DNA of 64,000 bases from Oopsacas minuta (lineage: Eukaryota; Animalia; Porifera). Numbering within the stretch: the first letter of the stretch is position 1; every line of letters begins with the position of its first letter. This document shows, one piece after another, positions 1-10,807 of the stretch. A program made the position numbers and the translations under genes. Below the pieces are notes generated by a model. The model was given only the letters and a program-made list of their open reading frames with translations. It was not told where the DNA came from and made no database searches. Location: assembly GCA_024704765.1 (NCBI GenBank), contig JAKMXF010000299.1, positions 372,001 to 436,000 of the forward strand, read 5' to 3'.

Positions 1-103
1 CTATAATTGTACATTTTCAGACTCGATATGAGCGGGAGTTGACTTTAACTCTCATTTTTTATAAATACATACCAAAATATTTGTTTATAGAAACTACCAT
101 GAA

Positions 104-676
104 ATGGAAACAGAATACAAACCAGTGAATCCAAATTGGGAGCGTGTTAAGTCTCGGCTATCTCCCTACCGGAACAAGACACCGACTCGTGAAATGAGAC
201 AGTGGTCACTCAACGTGTTAGCTACCACTTTTGTCGGCGTATTTCTGGGGGCAAAGATAGGTGGTCGCTTCTTGAGAGAAAGATTCATTCACTACAGCAA
301 AGCTCAGGTGTATCACACTGTTGTAGATGCGAGGCGTAGAATGCATTCATACTCAGTTAGAGGAGCAGTAAATTTGGGCACTAAATGGGGCTGGAAAGTA
401 GGCATATTTACTGCAGTGTATTCAGGAGTTCAGATTTCATTAGGTATATACCGTGATAGGAAGGATGTATTGAACTATGTGTGTGCAGGTGCTGTTGCTG
501 GTCCATTGTTTTATGTTGTTAGAGGAATACGACCAATGGTGGGAGGGGCATTTGTGGGAATGATATTATCAGTGCCGCTCGGTATGGTGGGTTGGATTTT
601 GGATTCGATTATTGATTGGTTTGAAAAGGATAAAAGTGAAAATACGCAAGAAACTATTGAAGAAGATGAAGAATGA
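104..676 (+). CDS. TIMMDC1: Complex I assembly factor TIMMDC1 (Tim17/22/23 family membrane protein)
   Basis: 190-aa ORF. Segments NWERVKSRL, YSKAQVYH and RGAVNLGTKWGWKVGIFTAVY...LGIYRDRKDVLNYVCAGAVAG parallel recalled human TIMMDC1 (GWDRLREL, QSQAEIYH, RGFIRYGWRWGWRTAVF...[21 protein letters not shown]). Gly-rich TM helices are present. Confidence 0.85.
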   Translation: METEYKPVNPNWERVKSRLSPYRNKTPTREMRQWSLNVLATTFVGVFLGAKIGGRFLRERFIHYSKAQVYHTVVDARRRMHSYSVRGAVNLGTKWGWKVGIFTAVYSGVQISLGIYRDRKDVLNYVCAGAVAGPLFYVVRGIRPMVGGAFVGMILSVPLGMVGWILDSIIDWFEKDKSENTQETIEEDEE

Positions 677-844
677 CAGATGACTGGTTGAAGATGACAG
701 CTATCAGTTGCGAATTGTGACAGGCTTGGGAAGAGAGTATTCGTCAATTTTAATGTTGATGTCACTAGCAAATATTAATTATTAAATCGATTTATATGTA
801 ATTAAATTTCGCCTCAAAAATAGAATTTGCACTGACTAGTACTG

Positions 845-991
845 GTCACCTCCACGAACGAGGTGACAGGACGCAAAAGATGTTACCCAGTTTCCCCGTT
901 TGTAAAGGTTCACAAATTGGATAAATTAGATTTTCCACACAGTTTACAGGAGTTCCCCGCGTTTTCACAGGCCCCGTTTGTGAAATTTCAC
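845..991. repeat. Short dispersed inverted-repeat (MITE-like) element, same family as 38286-38424
   Basis: GTCACCTCCACGAACG at 845 followed by two reverse-oriented copies, CCGTTTGTAAAGGTTCAC (896-913) and CCCCGTTTGTGAAATTTCAC (972-991). The same forward/reverse/reverse layout occurs at 38286. Confidence 0.5.
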
Positions 992-1043
992 TTTATTGTG
1001 ATATTATTTACAATTCTATAGTTATCTAGTTAATAAAATAACC

Positions 1044-2048
1044 ATGGATGGTTTACGTGAACTTAACAAACAGATTGATGCTAAGAATAAAGATGAATTT
1101 TACAAGACAAAGGGAAGAATTCCATTGATACGTTCTCTTGAAGAGTTTATATCAACAGACTTAGAAAAAGATTCAAACTACAATACAATAGTACAAGCAA
1201 CCCCATCTCTAGTCCAATCCCAACAAGAATTATTATTTGAACACTCCACATTACCAACACAAGCAACTACATTATTGGATACAGCGATGGAACAATGTCA
1301 TCCAATCCCTACCGGAATACTTAGTGTAGATATGCTATTACAAGGTGGTATATATCCAGGAGAGGTTACAGAGATACTCGGGGCTATTTCTACAGGAAAA
1401 ACGCAGTTATTACACCTGTTGGCTATTAATTGCGCACATTCGCTCAACGCAGTTCTGTATATTGATAATAATTGTAGTTTTAGTGCTAGAAGAGCGATAC
1501 GATTGTGGTCTAAAATAAATTCTCATAGTGATGAAACACAAAGTAGAACTGGAGAGAATATGCTCAAGAATATACATGTAATTTCCCTATATGATCCTTT
1601 CTTGTTACTACAAATGTTGAGGAAATTACTCATAAATATTCAAGAGAAAACTAGCGATTTCTATTTTACATTGAAATTAGTTATTTTTGATAATTTCTCA
1701 TATCTTTTATCTCAAATCTTGGATGGATATACAGTTCAAGGATCGGTGATGTATTCACAAATAGAGAAGACGATTAAATATATAGCGAATGTACACAATA
1801 TCGCGGTTGTTGTCGCGAATAGAACTTCACCTAATTTTACCAGCACAGATCTAAACACATTCAAATACACTAGACTAGGTTATCATTGGAATAATGTAGC
1901 TTCAACTAGAATACTATTAGAACGTGATACTACACAGATTGCTACACTTGAAACAGAATTGAGAGCTAAAATCAAGTTATTCCTTATAAGATCTAATTTA
2001 AAACAGGAAAAATATGAAACAGAGTTCAAAATACCAATCACCAAGTAG
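1044..2048 (+). CDS. RAD51D: RAD51 paralog, RAD51D-like
   Basis: TGILSVDMLLQGGIYPGEVTEILGAISTGKTQ (Walker A), VLYIDNN, LVIFDN (Walker B) and LGYHW..VASTRILL. The N-terminal IRSLEEFISTDLE resembles recalled RAD51D IKTVVDLVSADLE. Confidence 0.85.
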   Translation: MDGLRELNKQIDAKNKDEFYKTKGRIPLIRSLEEFISTDLEKDSNYNTIVQATPSLVQSQQELLFEHSTLPTQATTLLDTAMEQCHPIPTGILSVDMLLQGGIYPGEVTEILGAISTGKTQLLHLLAINCAHSLNAVLYIDNNCSFSARRAIRLWSKINSHSDETQSRTGENMLKNIHVISLYDPFLLLQMLRKLLINIQEKTSDFYFTLKLVIFDNFSYLLSQILDGYTVQGSVMYSQIEKTIKYIANVHNIAVVVANRTSPNFTSTDLNTFKYTRLGYHWNNVASTRILLERDTTQIATLETELRAKIKLFLIRSNLKQEKYETEFKIPITK

Positions 2049-2507
2049 TGAGTTATAAATTCGTAGCTAATATAATTTGAATAAATTTACTTGATATTTC
2101 AGTGTATTTCTAACATACAGTGGTTGGTATTCACCTATTACCTATATTCGCCTCTGGAACCTAAAGTCCATTTTGTATTGGAAATAATTCCTCTAATAGC
2201 AACTTCGCTGATTTGCAAGGGAAATTCGTGCAAAATATAACTTGCTAATAGTCTAACTCCACTGTACATTGAATTACAAGGTCAATAAATCAGTGATTAT
2301 TTAGAAAATTCACACTATTGCTTGTGTAATGAGGCCAAAAGTAAATACAAATATTAAGTTGACAAGATAGATTTCAGAAGCCTGTTAATCATCAAACATC
2401 AAAGCATTCCATCATGTGTTTACATAGCTGAATGAATAAGATATAACATATATAATAGTTTTGATTCGTAATGACTAATACGAGAAATACACTAGCTTTA
2501 TAACACT

Positions 2508-3929
2508 CTACTCCTTAGGTCTGTCAGCTAACAGACTACATATCTCTTTATGACCCTTCCAACTATCAACTTGACACTGTCTGCTACAATACCATTCATT
2601 CTTACACCGACTACATCTATGCTCTGCTTCTGCTCCACAATTAGCACAGGTTGGTTTTCCCTCAGATAAAGTTTGTATTACATTCAAATCATAAGTTTCT
2701 ACGAACTTATCAGCTTGATATTTCAAATCTTCTTTCGATGGAAAGAAAATCGCCTTTTTCTGTTTTTCACCAATCTTCTTAAATTTTCCGTTATTTTGGC
2801 TGAGCAGAGCTTCACGTAGGTTGTGATCTGCCTCTATTATAATGTCCTTTTTAGCTGGAGGAGGGTTCATAATGGAGAGATTATGCAGATATCTCTGTAG
2901 ATCAACTAGACTGGGTAGTTGATCAATAAGATATTCTGGAATATGTGATCTTAAACGTAAGATTGAATTCTTCTTGAAATCATTGTATTCGTATCTGCTT
3001 TGACATTCTGGTGCTAGCAAAAGTTGTAATATTATCAGCCAAAGCTGTGTCTCTGTTTTTGTAAGTTTTATGCGATCTTCGCTGGGAACAATGTGCCATT
3101 TTCCATCCCAGTATTTCAGAACTTTCTCTTTCTCTTTTCGTGTCCATGGTTGTTTCTCAATCATCTCTACCATTTGTAGAGGTAGATCAATCGTATTCAG
3201 AATCATACGAGAAGCTCCTAACGGCAATGAATCCAAATTATATACAAGATGACGTAATATAGTTACACAATGTGTGATAATTTGAAATTTCATATTTCTA
3301 TCTTGTCCTGATAATTCCAGCATAAGATCTTCCTTTTCGAGAGCTTGTTTTAGAGCATCTGCCTGTTGTAAATTGTCATATACTGCCTTAAACTCTTCAT
3401 GATACTTTTGTATATCAGCCAGCAAACTAACAATCTTTCTATTACAATACTCAATCAAATCCAGTGCTACCTCTGCTAATACTTCACAAGTTTCTTTGTA
3501 GAATAAAATCGTTTCTAACAAATTTATGAGTGTAGCTTCATGGTAGAGGATTAGGTAGCATGGAAAAGAAACTTTTGGCTCAAAATCCTCTTGTAAGTAG
3601 ATTGGGAAAATTTTATCTTTCCAAATCTCGACTAACAACAGTTCATGTACCAGCAATGGTATTTTATCGTGTGTAATCAGGTATTCTTTTACAAATTCAT
3701 CTGTTTCAAGTTTGGTGTTCACTATTGCTTGTATGTTAAGCTTCTCAATGTGTTCATGCTGTTGGAACCATGGACGCGTACCAATTTCTTCTAATGACGT
3801 CATTTTCAAACTTTCTACCATTACCTCCGCTTCGTTTGGGAATAGAACATTCTCTAGCAGTTTGTTTGCTGGGTTAGTAGTGTTGTCAATTGATGAAGTT
3901 GCCATTGATAAATTCTGAGAGCTATGCAA
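2508..3929 (-). CDS. ZMYND10: ZMYND10 (BLU), axonemal dynein assembly factor with C-terminal MYND finger
   Basis: VLFPNEAEVMVESL...WFQQHEHIEKLNIQA...THDKIPLLVHELLLVEIWKDKIFP matches the ZMYND10 N-terminus. MYND finger CANCGAEAEHRCSRCKNEWYCSRQCQVDSWKGHKEIC. The true start may be the second Met at 3905. Confidence 0.93.
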   Translation of the reverse strand: MHSSQNLSMATSSIDNTTNPANKLLENVLFPNEAEVMVESLKMTSLEEIGTRPWFQQHEHIEKLNIQAIVNTKLETDEFVKEYLITHDKIPLLVHELLLVEIWKDKIFPIYLQEDFEPKVSFPCYLILYHEATLINLLETILFYKETCEVLAEVALDLIEYCNRKIVSLLADIQKYHEEFKAVYDNLQQADALKQALEKEDLMLELSGQDRNMKFQIITHCVTILRHLVYNLDSLPLGASRMILNTIDLPLQMVEMIEKQPWTRKEKEKVLKYWDGKWHIVPSEDRIKLTKTETQLWLIILQLLLAPECQSRYEYNDFKKNSILRLRSHIPEYLIDQLPSLVDLQRYLHNLSIMNPPPAKKDIIIEADHNLREALLSQNNGKFKKIGEKQKKAIFFPSKEDLKYQADKFVETYDLNVIQTLSEGKPTCANCGAEAEHRCSRCKNEWYCSRQCQVDSWKGHKEICSLLADRPKE

Positions 3930-4483
3930 ATAATACAGGGGGATATGAATTCAATTATATACTCACCAGCTACTTATATTCATTTCTCAGGATTTTTGCT
4001 AAGTCTGGGATTATCGAAAATTCTCAGAATCCAAGCTGTCCATTCATAAACAACAATTTCATGCAGGAGGGAAAGGCGCAGAAGTTCGCGAATATTTTTC
4101 CTGGATTTCTTTTAAAATCCGGGCATAATCCACGGAATTCCAATATAAGCAATGGTATTCTGAAACTGTGATAAATGAAGATATATCAATATTTTGATAC
4201 GTACGCGTATTACGAGATTTACTTGCATTTTCCATAGTTACAATAGCTTCATAAAAATAATACTTATTTTTGAATAATTGGGATAAATTGTATGTCAATC
4301 AATCTCTATTTTTCAGAAATTACGTATTTCTTAATAGCAATTCTATAGCTTAATTTATCACTTGACCTGTGGAGTATTTAATTTGATTTTTACATAATTT
4401 AAACTAATCAACAATAATATTATATTTCTATAACGAGTTTGGGCTTAAATATCCAGATAATAGAATTGAATTAACAATCAGAA

Positions 4484-6559
4484 ATGTCTTCTCTCGCTGA
4501 CCTACCACCTCACACAATAGAAACAGTGTTAGTAACAGGGCTTATCAGTGTAATTGGGATTGCATATATCCTGTTATCCCGTAGACCACCTCCTAAACGT
4601 ATGCTTGTGGATAAGAACAGGCAATCCAAACCATATAAGGGTGGAGATGAAAGTATTCGAGTTAGTGCATTGCTAGGAGAGGATTGCGAGTTGATTGTAC
4701 CTCTGAATGATGACGTCAAAACCTTGTATGAAGGTTTCCAACGAGGACTTAGTGTATCACGTGATCAACCTTGTCTAGGTACAAGACTCCCTGATCAACC
4801 ATTTCAATACCTAACCTATAGTCAAATAGCTGAGAGAGTCAATAATTTCGGTAGCGGGCTAATTAATAGAGGCCATATAGTTGGACAAGGAACATTTATC
4901 GGAATAGCTAGTAAGAATTGTCCTGAATGGATAATTGTAGAACAAGCTTGCAATGCATACAGCCAAGTATTGGTACCACTGTATGACACACTGGGACCGG
5001 AAGCAATTGTACATATTATAACACAAGCCAATACAGAAGTTGTGGTGCTATCAGCTGATAGATTTATAGAACGATTTACTACAGTTGCTGGAACGAAAAT
5101 ACCAAAATTAGTTGTGAAAATCGGTAAACCAACTCCTGAAGAAGTCAACATAGCTAAAGAGCAAAATATCGGTTTGGTTGCCATGGAAACGATAGAAGAA
5201 GAAGGTAAAAATGCACCAGTTGTACATGTACCGCCTAAACAAGACGACCTTGCCACCGTATGTTACACTTCTGGTACCACAGGGAAGCCAAAGGGGGCAA
5301 TGCTAACTCATGGGAATTTGATATCAGATTGTAGTGCTGCTTTGCGAATAATCACTATGGACCAAAGAAGCATAACTACAGAAGATGAATACATATCCTA
5401 TCTGCCTTTAGCACATATGTTCGAGAGAATTATGCTAGTAGGTGTACTAATGCATGGAGCTAGAATCTGTTTCTTTCAAGGCGATATTAAACTCCTGTTG
5501 AATGACATTGCCGCGTGTAGGCCAACCCTTTTCGCATCAGTTCCCAGACTCCTGAATAGGATATATGACAAGACGATGGTTGCTGTTAACGCTAGCCCGA
5601 TTAAAAAGAAACTTTTCCAAATGGCAATGAGGAGTAAGCAAGCTGACATTGATAAGGGAATTATCTGTAAGACAACCATCTGGGATATATTAGTGTTTAA
5701 CAAAATTCAAGCTGGTTTAGGAGGTCGTGTCCGAATTGTTATCACAGGAGCTGCACCATTGAGTCAGGAAGTTATGAAGTTCCTAAAATGTGCCTTAGGG
5801 TGTGACGTATACGAGGGTTACGGCCAAACTGAATGCACGGCTGCAGCTACAATGACACTACCAGGAGAGCCTCTTGGAGGTCATGTAGGACCTCCTGTAA
5901 CGTGTAACATTGTAAAGGTTGTAGATGTACCTGATATGGAGTATTATGCTAAAAACGGAGAGGGAGAAGTGTGTTTCAAAGGACCTAATGTATTCAAAGG
6001 TTATCTACACGATGAGTTCAAGACTAAGGAAGCGATTGACTCAGATGGATGGCTACACTCAGGAGATATAGGAAAGTGGCTAGATAACGGTTGTCTTAAG
6101 ATTATTGACAGGAAGAAACACATTGTGAAACTATCAAACGGAGAATACATCGCACCTGAGAAGATTGAGAACTGTTACACGAGACATCCAGCTATCATGC
6201 AGGCCTTCGTACATGCTAACTCTCTCTATCCATTCCCAGTAGCTATTCTCGTAGCAGACCCGGATACATTCGAGGGATGGGCTAAATCGCGTGGGTTTAC
6301 TGGTACTATAGAGGAGCTGTGTAAGAATAGGGAAATAATAAAAATATTAGTGACTGAATTGGATGCTGATGGAAAGGAAGTAGGATTGAATCCATTCGAG
6401 AGAATTAAACAAATTTGCTTAATTCCCGATCAATTCACTATTGATAATGAGATGCTAACTCCTACCTTCAAATTGATGCGTACCAAGATTGTGAAGAGCT
6501 ACTCCTGTGATATCGATGCCCTCCTGGCGGATATGAAACTTTCTGGAGCTATCAAGTAA
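4484..6559 (+). CDS. ACSL: Long-chain acyl-CoA synthetase, ACSL1/5/6-like, copy A
   Basis: YTSGTTGKPKG AMP-binding motif, gate motif DEYISYLPLAHMFE, GYGQTE, GWLHSGDIG, IIDRKKHIVKLSNGEYIAPEKIE, and an N-terminal TM segment (VLVTGLISVIGIAYILLS). Single ORF. Confidence 0.95.
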   Translation: MSSLADLPPHTIETVLVTGLISVIGIAYILLSRRPPPKRMLVDKNRQSKPYKGGDESIRVSALLGEDCELIVPLNDDVKTLYEGFQRGLSVSRDQPCLGTRLPDQPFQYLTYSQIAERVNNFGSGLINRGHIVGQGTFIGIASKNCPEWIIVEQACNAYSQVLVPLYDTLGPEAIVHIITQANTEVVVLSADRFIERFTTVAGTKIPKLVVKIGKPTPEEVNIAKEQNIGLVAMETIEEEGKNAPVVHVPPKQDDLATVCYTSGTTGKPKGAMLTHGNLISDCSAALRIITMDQRSITTEDEYISYLPLAHMFERIMLVGVLMHGARICFFQGDIKLLLNDIAACRPTLFASVPRLLNRIYDKTMVAVNASPIKKKLFQMAMRSKQADIDKGIICKTTIWDILVFNKIQAGLGGRVRIVITGAAPLSQEVMKFLKCALGCDVYEGYGQTECTAAATMTLPGEPLGGHVGPPVTCNIVKVVDVPDMEYYAKNGEGEVCFKGPNVFKGYLHDEFKTKEAIDSDGWLHSGDIGKWLDNGCLKIIDRKKHIVKLSNGEYIAPEKIENCYTRHPAIMQAFVHANSLYPFPVAILVADPDTFEGWAKSRGFTGTIEELCKNREIIKILVTELDADGKEVGLNPFERIKQICLIPDQFTIDNEMLTPTFKLMRTKIVKSYSCDIDALLADMKLSGAIK

Positions 6560-6861
6560 CTATTATGTGTCTAAGAACTATTATTTTATATCTTATAGTG
6601 TATTCAGGATTATGTGTGAAGCCTCTAACGGAAATGATTCCAATTATAGACGTAATGTTTCACCATTGTGTGTAAATGAAATTTCATTCCTTTTATTATT
6701 TTCGCGTTAATCTAGCATGAGATCTTGAAATAATATAATTCATCTAATAAGTACGGTTTATCGTATCCAAATGCCTGGTCTCGACGTGACCCTATTAAGC
6801 TGTCACCTGTAATTTTAATCGGTTAATTGGATAAATTGTTGTTCTACCAGTCCAATCGAGT

Positions 6862-6992
6862 CAGTAGACTCTGCTTAATCGGATCACATCGGATTCAGGC
6901 CATTTTGACCCGATTAAGCGGGATAGTTTAACACTATTGTATGGTTCTGTTTCTGGTCAAGCAACCCCGACTAACCAGTGGCTTATCTACTG
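6862..6992. mobile_element. Degenerate Tc1/mariner-type MITE relic between ACSL-A and ACSL-B
   Basis: Starts CAGTAGACTCTGCTTAATCGG and ends ...TTATCTACTG followed by TA. Internal CCGATTAAGC is the inverse of the left end. The termini are imperfect. Confidence 0.4.
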
Positions 6993-7148
6993 TATATTCA
7001 ATTGTGGTATACTCAAAGTAATTCAATCTCGAATATGATATACATGAACTCGTGGTATAGTATTAAAACTAATCAACAATAATATTATATTTCTATAACG
7101 AGTTTGGGCTTAAATATCCAGATAATAGAATTGAATTAACAATCAGAA

Positions 7149-9221
7149 ATGTCTTCTCTCGCTGACCTACCACCTCACACAATAGAAACAGTGTTAGTAA
7201 CAGGGCTTATCAGTGTAATTGGGATTGCATATATCCTGTTATCCCGTAGACCACCTCCTAAACGTATGCTTGTGGATAAGAACAGGCAATCCAAACCATA
7301 TAAGGGTGGAGATGAAAGTATTCGAGTTAGTGCATTGCTAGGAGAGGATTGCGAGTTGATTGTATCTCAGTATGATGACGTCAAAACCTTGTATGAAGGT
7401 TTCCAACGAGGACTTAGTGTATCACGTGATCAACCTTGCTTTGGTACAAGACTCCCTGATCAACCATTTCAATACCTAACCTATAGTCAAATAGCTGAGA
7501 GAGTCAATAATTTCGGTAGCGGGCTAATTAATAGAGGCCATATAGTTGGACAAGGAACATTTATCGGAATATCTTCTAAGAATTGTCCTGAATGGGTGAT
7601 TGTAGAACAAGCTTGCAATGCATACAGCCAAGTATTGGTACCACTGTATGACACACTGGGACCTGAAGCAATTGTACATATTATAACACAAGCCAATACA
7701 GAAGTTGTGGTGCTATCAGCTGATAGATTTATAGAACGATTTACTACAGTTGCTGGAACGAAAATACCAAAATTAGTTGTGAAAATCGGTAAACCAACTC
7801 CTGAAGAAGTCAACATAGCTAAAGAGCAAAATATCGGTTTGGTTGCCATGGAAACGATAGAGGAAGAAGGGAAGAATGCACCAGTTGTACATGTACCGCC
7901 AAAAGAGGACGATCTCTCTACAATCTGCTACACCTCTGGCACCACAGGGAAGCCCAAGGGGGCTATGCTAACTCACAGGAATTTGATTTCAGTTTGTAGT
8001 GCTGCTACATCAATACTCAATTCGGATCAACCTGTAACTCCTGATGATGAATACTTATCCTATTTACCATTAGCTCATGTGTTTGAGAGAATTATGCAAG
8101 TAAATCTTCTAATGCATGGAGCTAGAATCTGTTTCTTTCAAGGCGATGTTAAACTCCTGTTGAATGATTTAGCCGCGTGTAAGCCTACAATTTTCGCATC
8201 AGTTCCCAGACTCCTGAATAGGATATATGACAAGACGATGGTTGCTGTTAACGCTAGCCCGATTAAAAAGAAACTTTTCCAAATGGCAATGAGGAGTAAG
8301 CAAGCTGACATTGAAAAGGGAATTATCTGTAAAACAACCATCTGGGATACATTGGTATTCAAAAAGATTCAAGCTGGTTTGGGAGGTCGTGTCCGCGTCG
8401 CAGTTACAGGAGCCGCACCATTAAGTCAGGAAGTTATGATATTCTTAAAGTGTGCCTTAGGGTGTGACGTATACGAAGGTTACGGACAAACTGAGTCTGG
8501 AGCTGCGGCTACACTGTGTATGCCAGGAGAGGCTCTTGGAGGTCATGTAGGTCCTCCTCTACCTTGCAACATTGTAAAGGTTGTAGATGTACCTGATATG
8601 GAGTATTATGCTAAAAACGGAGAAGGAGAAGTGTGTTTCAAAGGACCTAATGTATTCAAAGGTTATCTACACGATGAGTTCAAGACTAAGGAAGCGATTG
8701 ACTCAGATGGATGGCTACACTCAGGAGATATAGGAAAGTGGCTAGATAACGGTTGTCTTAAGATTATTGACAGGAAGAAACACATTGTGAAACTATCAAA
8801 CGGAGAATACATCGCACCTGAGAAGATTGAGAACTGTTACACGAGACACCCAGCTATCATGCAGGCCTTCGTACATGCTAACTCTCTCTATCCATTCCCA
8901 GTAGCTATTCTCGTAGCAGACCCGGATACATTCGAGGGATGGGCTAAATCGCGTGGGTTTACTGGTACTATAGAGGAGCTGTGTAAGAATAGGGAAATAA
9001 TAAAAATATTAGTGACTGAATTGGATGCTGATGGGAAGGAAGTAGGATTGAATCCATTCGAGAGAATTAAACAAATTTGCTTAATTCCCGATCAATTCAC
9101 TATTGATAATGAGATGCTAACTCCTACCTTCAAATTGAAACGTACAGAAGTTGTGAAGAGCTACTCCACTCATATCGATACCCTCCTGGCGAATATGAAA
9201 CTTTCTGGAGCTACCAAGTAA
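7149..9221 (+). CDS. ACSL: Long-chain acyl-CoA synthetase, copy B (tandem duplicate of copy A)
   Basis: Same motifs as copy A. It shares 83 nt of upstream sequence (7066 vs 4401) and about 25 nt downstream of the stop with copy A, which delimits the duplication unit. Confidence 0.95.
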   Translation: MSSLADLPPHTIETVLVTGLISVIGIAYILLSRRPPPKRMLVDKNRQSKPYKGGDESIRVSALLGEDCELIVSQYDDVKTLYEGFQRGLSVSRDQPCFGTRLPDQPFQYLTYSQIAERVNNFGSGLINRGHIVGQGTFIGISSKNCPEWVIVEQACNAYSQVLVPLYDTLGPEAIVHIITQANTEVVVLSADRFIERFTTVAGTKIPKLVVKIGKPTPEEVNIAKEQNIGLVAMETIEEEGKNAPVVHVPPKEDDLSTICYTSGTTGKPKGAMLTHRNLISVCSAATSILNSDQPVTPDDEYLSYLPLAHVFERIMQVNLLMHGARICFFQGDVKLLLNDLAACKPTIFASVPRLLNRIYDKTMVAVNASPIKKKLFQMAMRSKQADIEKGIICKTTIWDTLVFKKIQAGLGGRVRVAVTGAAPLSQEVMIFLKCALGCDVYEGYGQTESGAAATLCMPGEALGGHVGPPLPCNIVKVVDVPDMEYYAKNGEGEVCFKGPNVFKGYLHDEFKTKEAIDSDGWLHSGDIGKWLDNGCLKIIDRKKHIVKLSNGEYIAPEKIENCYTRHPAIMQAFVHANSLYPFPVAILVADPDTFEGWAKSRGFTGTIEELCKNREIIKILVTELDADGKEVGLNPFERIKQICLIPDQFTIDNEMLTPTFKLKRTEVVKSYSTHIDTLLANMKLSGATK

Positions 9222-9658
9222 CTATTATGTGTCTAAGAACTATATTTTGTTATTTTCTAGTAAATTTACCATGATTTCCTGTTCTGTTAGAGACCTTGTA
9301 TACTATGTGTTAATTAATCTGTATCTCGTTGAGTATACCTTTATATTTTCAATTTATTATATAGGGATTATGCCGAGTTTATACACATCAACTGTTTTGA
9401 TAAATTTGACAGTTTTTCGAATTGAAAATTTGCCACTCTCTCTGTCACACTTTGTACACCCAGGTAACTTTTCGTAAGGTTTGAACGGCTCTTTATCTAC
9501 ACTTTTCATCAGAGGATATATTAGATTCTATAATTTATTACAAATTATACGTAAATGTAAGCTAGTATCGAATTTTGCGTGATTTCCTTTCCGTATTACG
9601 AATGTTAACTACTATATATGAAATATAATTATATCTTTCGTGTACAGAATATTAATAC

Positions 9659-10807
9659 ATGGCTAATTCTATTACTCAAGCAAACCTCGAAATCCGCCAA
9701 CTATACCGAGTCAGCGCCTATTTGAACATACTCAGGAAATTCCATGGCCGTATAACAACACCAATATTCCTCATGTGTTCCAGCTTAATAAGAAACTCAT
9801 GGCTCCTAATACAAACAGTGATTAGAACAATCACAAAGTTAGCGTCATATTTCGTGTATCCGTACACCTGTACTAACGATCCAATCAAAGATGTGAGAGA
9901 TTTTAAAACAGAATTCAATAGGAAGTATTCTGAAAACCATTACGATTTTTTTACTGGGACTTATGGAGCTGCTCTTGCCAAGGCAAAGAGTGAGATTAGG
10001 TTTTTACTAGTCTACTTGCATTCTCCGAAACATAATGATACAGATGTATTCTGTAGAGATATACTATCATCGGATATGGTAGCTTGCCTACTGGTGCAGT
10101 ATAATGTGCTGTTATGGGGCGTGTCAGTACGTTCTTTAGAGGGCAAGCGCGTTAGTAGAATCCTACGAGAGAATACTTATCCGTTCATGGCACTGATTTT
10201 ATCACATAACCATCATATGGAGGTAGTGCATAGATTTGAAGGTTATGAGAATAGAGAAGTGTTTGTAGAGAGATTAAGAATTGTATTGGAACAACAGGAC
10301 AATTATCTGTTGGTTACACGTAATGAAATACAGACGCTTAACCAGAATAGGCAGCTTAGAGATGAACAAGATAGAGAATATCAAGATTCAATGGCTACTG
10401 ATATCGAACGTAAACGTAAGCAACAGGAAGAGAAAGAAGATCAATTGAGGGAGGAATTGGAATTAGATAAAATACGAGAAGAAGCGAAATTAAAACGCGC
10501 CGATACAGAAAGACGGAAGAGTGAGCTTGTGACATATTTCAGTGAGAATCAAACAGATGGGCCTGATTCAATTGAAATCCGTTTTAAATTCCCGAATGAC
10601 AAACCTGTTTCTAACCGGTTTCTCCAGGATCATCCGGTTAGTCGGTTGTATGACTTCGTATTTTCTTCTGAAAACTCGCCAGATAACTTTCAAATTGCAA
10701 TGAATCTACCAAGAAAGGTCCTTGATGCTAATAATGGGGAACAGACATTGAAAAATGTAGGAATTACAAAATCATGTACTCTTTTCGTTGAAGATCTAGA
10801 CACATAG
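9659..10807 (+). CDS. FAF2: FAF2/UBXD8-like p97 adaptor (hydrophobic hairpin, UAS, coiled coil, UBX)
   Basis: FFTGTYGAALAKAKSEIRFLLVYLHSPKHNDTDVFCRDIL and VSRILRENTYPFMALI match the FAF2 UAS domain. A charged coiled coil is followed by a C-terminal UBX domain (IEIRFKFPN...NRF...LYDFV...NLPRK). Confidence 0.9.
   Translation: MANSITQANLEIRQLYRVSAYLNILRKFHGRITTPIFLMCSSLIRNSWLLIQTVIRTITKLASYFVYPYTCTNDPIKDVRDFKTEFNRKYSENHYDFFTGTYGAALAKAKSEIRFLLVYLHSPKHNDTDVFCRDILSSDMVACLLVQYNVLLWGVSVRSLEGKRVSRILRENTYPFMALILSHNHHMEVVHRFEGYENREVFVERLRIVLEQQDNYLLVTRNEIQTLNQNRQLRDEQDREYQDSMATDIERKRKQQEEKEDQLREELELDKIREEAKLKRADTERRKSELVTYFSENQTDGPDSIEIRFKFPNDKPVSNRFLQDHPVSRLYDFVFSSENSPDNFQIAMNLPRKVLDANNGEQTLKNVGITKSCTLFVEDLDT

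Noticed and set aside
99-128. Overlapping 9-codon uORF at the TIMMDC1 start
   Set aside because: It is real in the sequence, but such short out-of-frame ATGs are common in AT-rich DNA and nothing supports a function.
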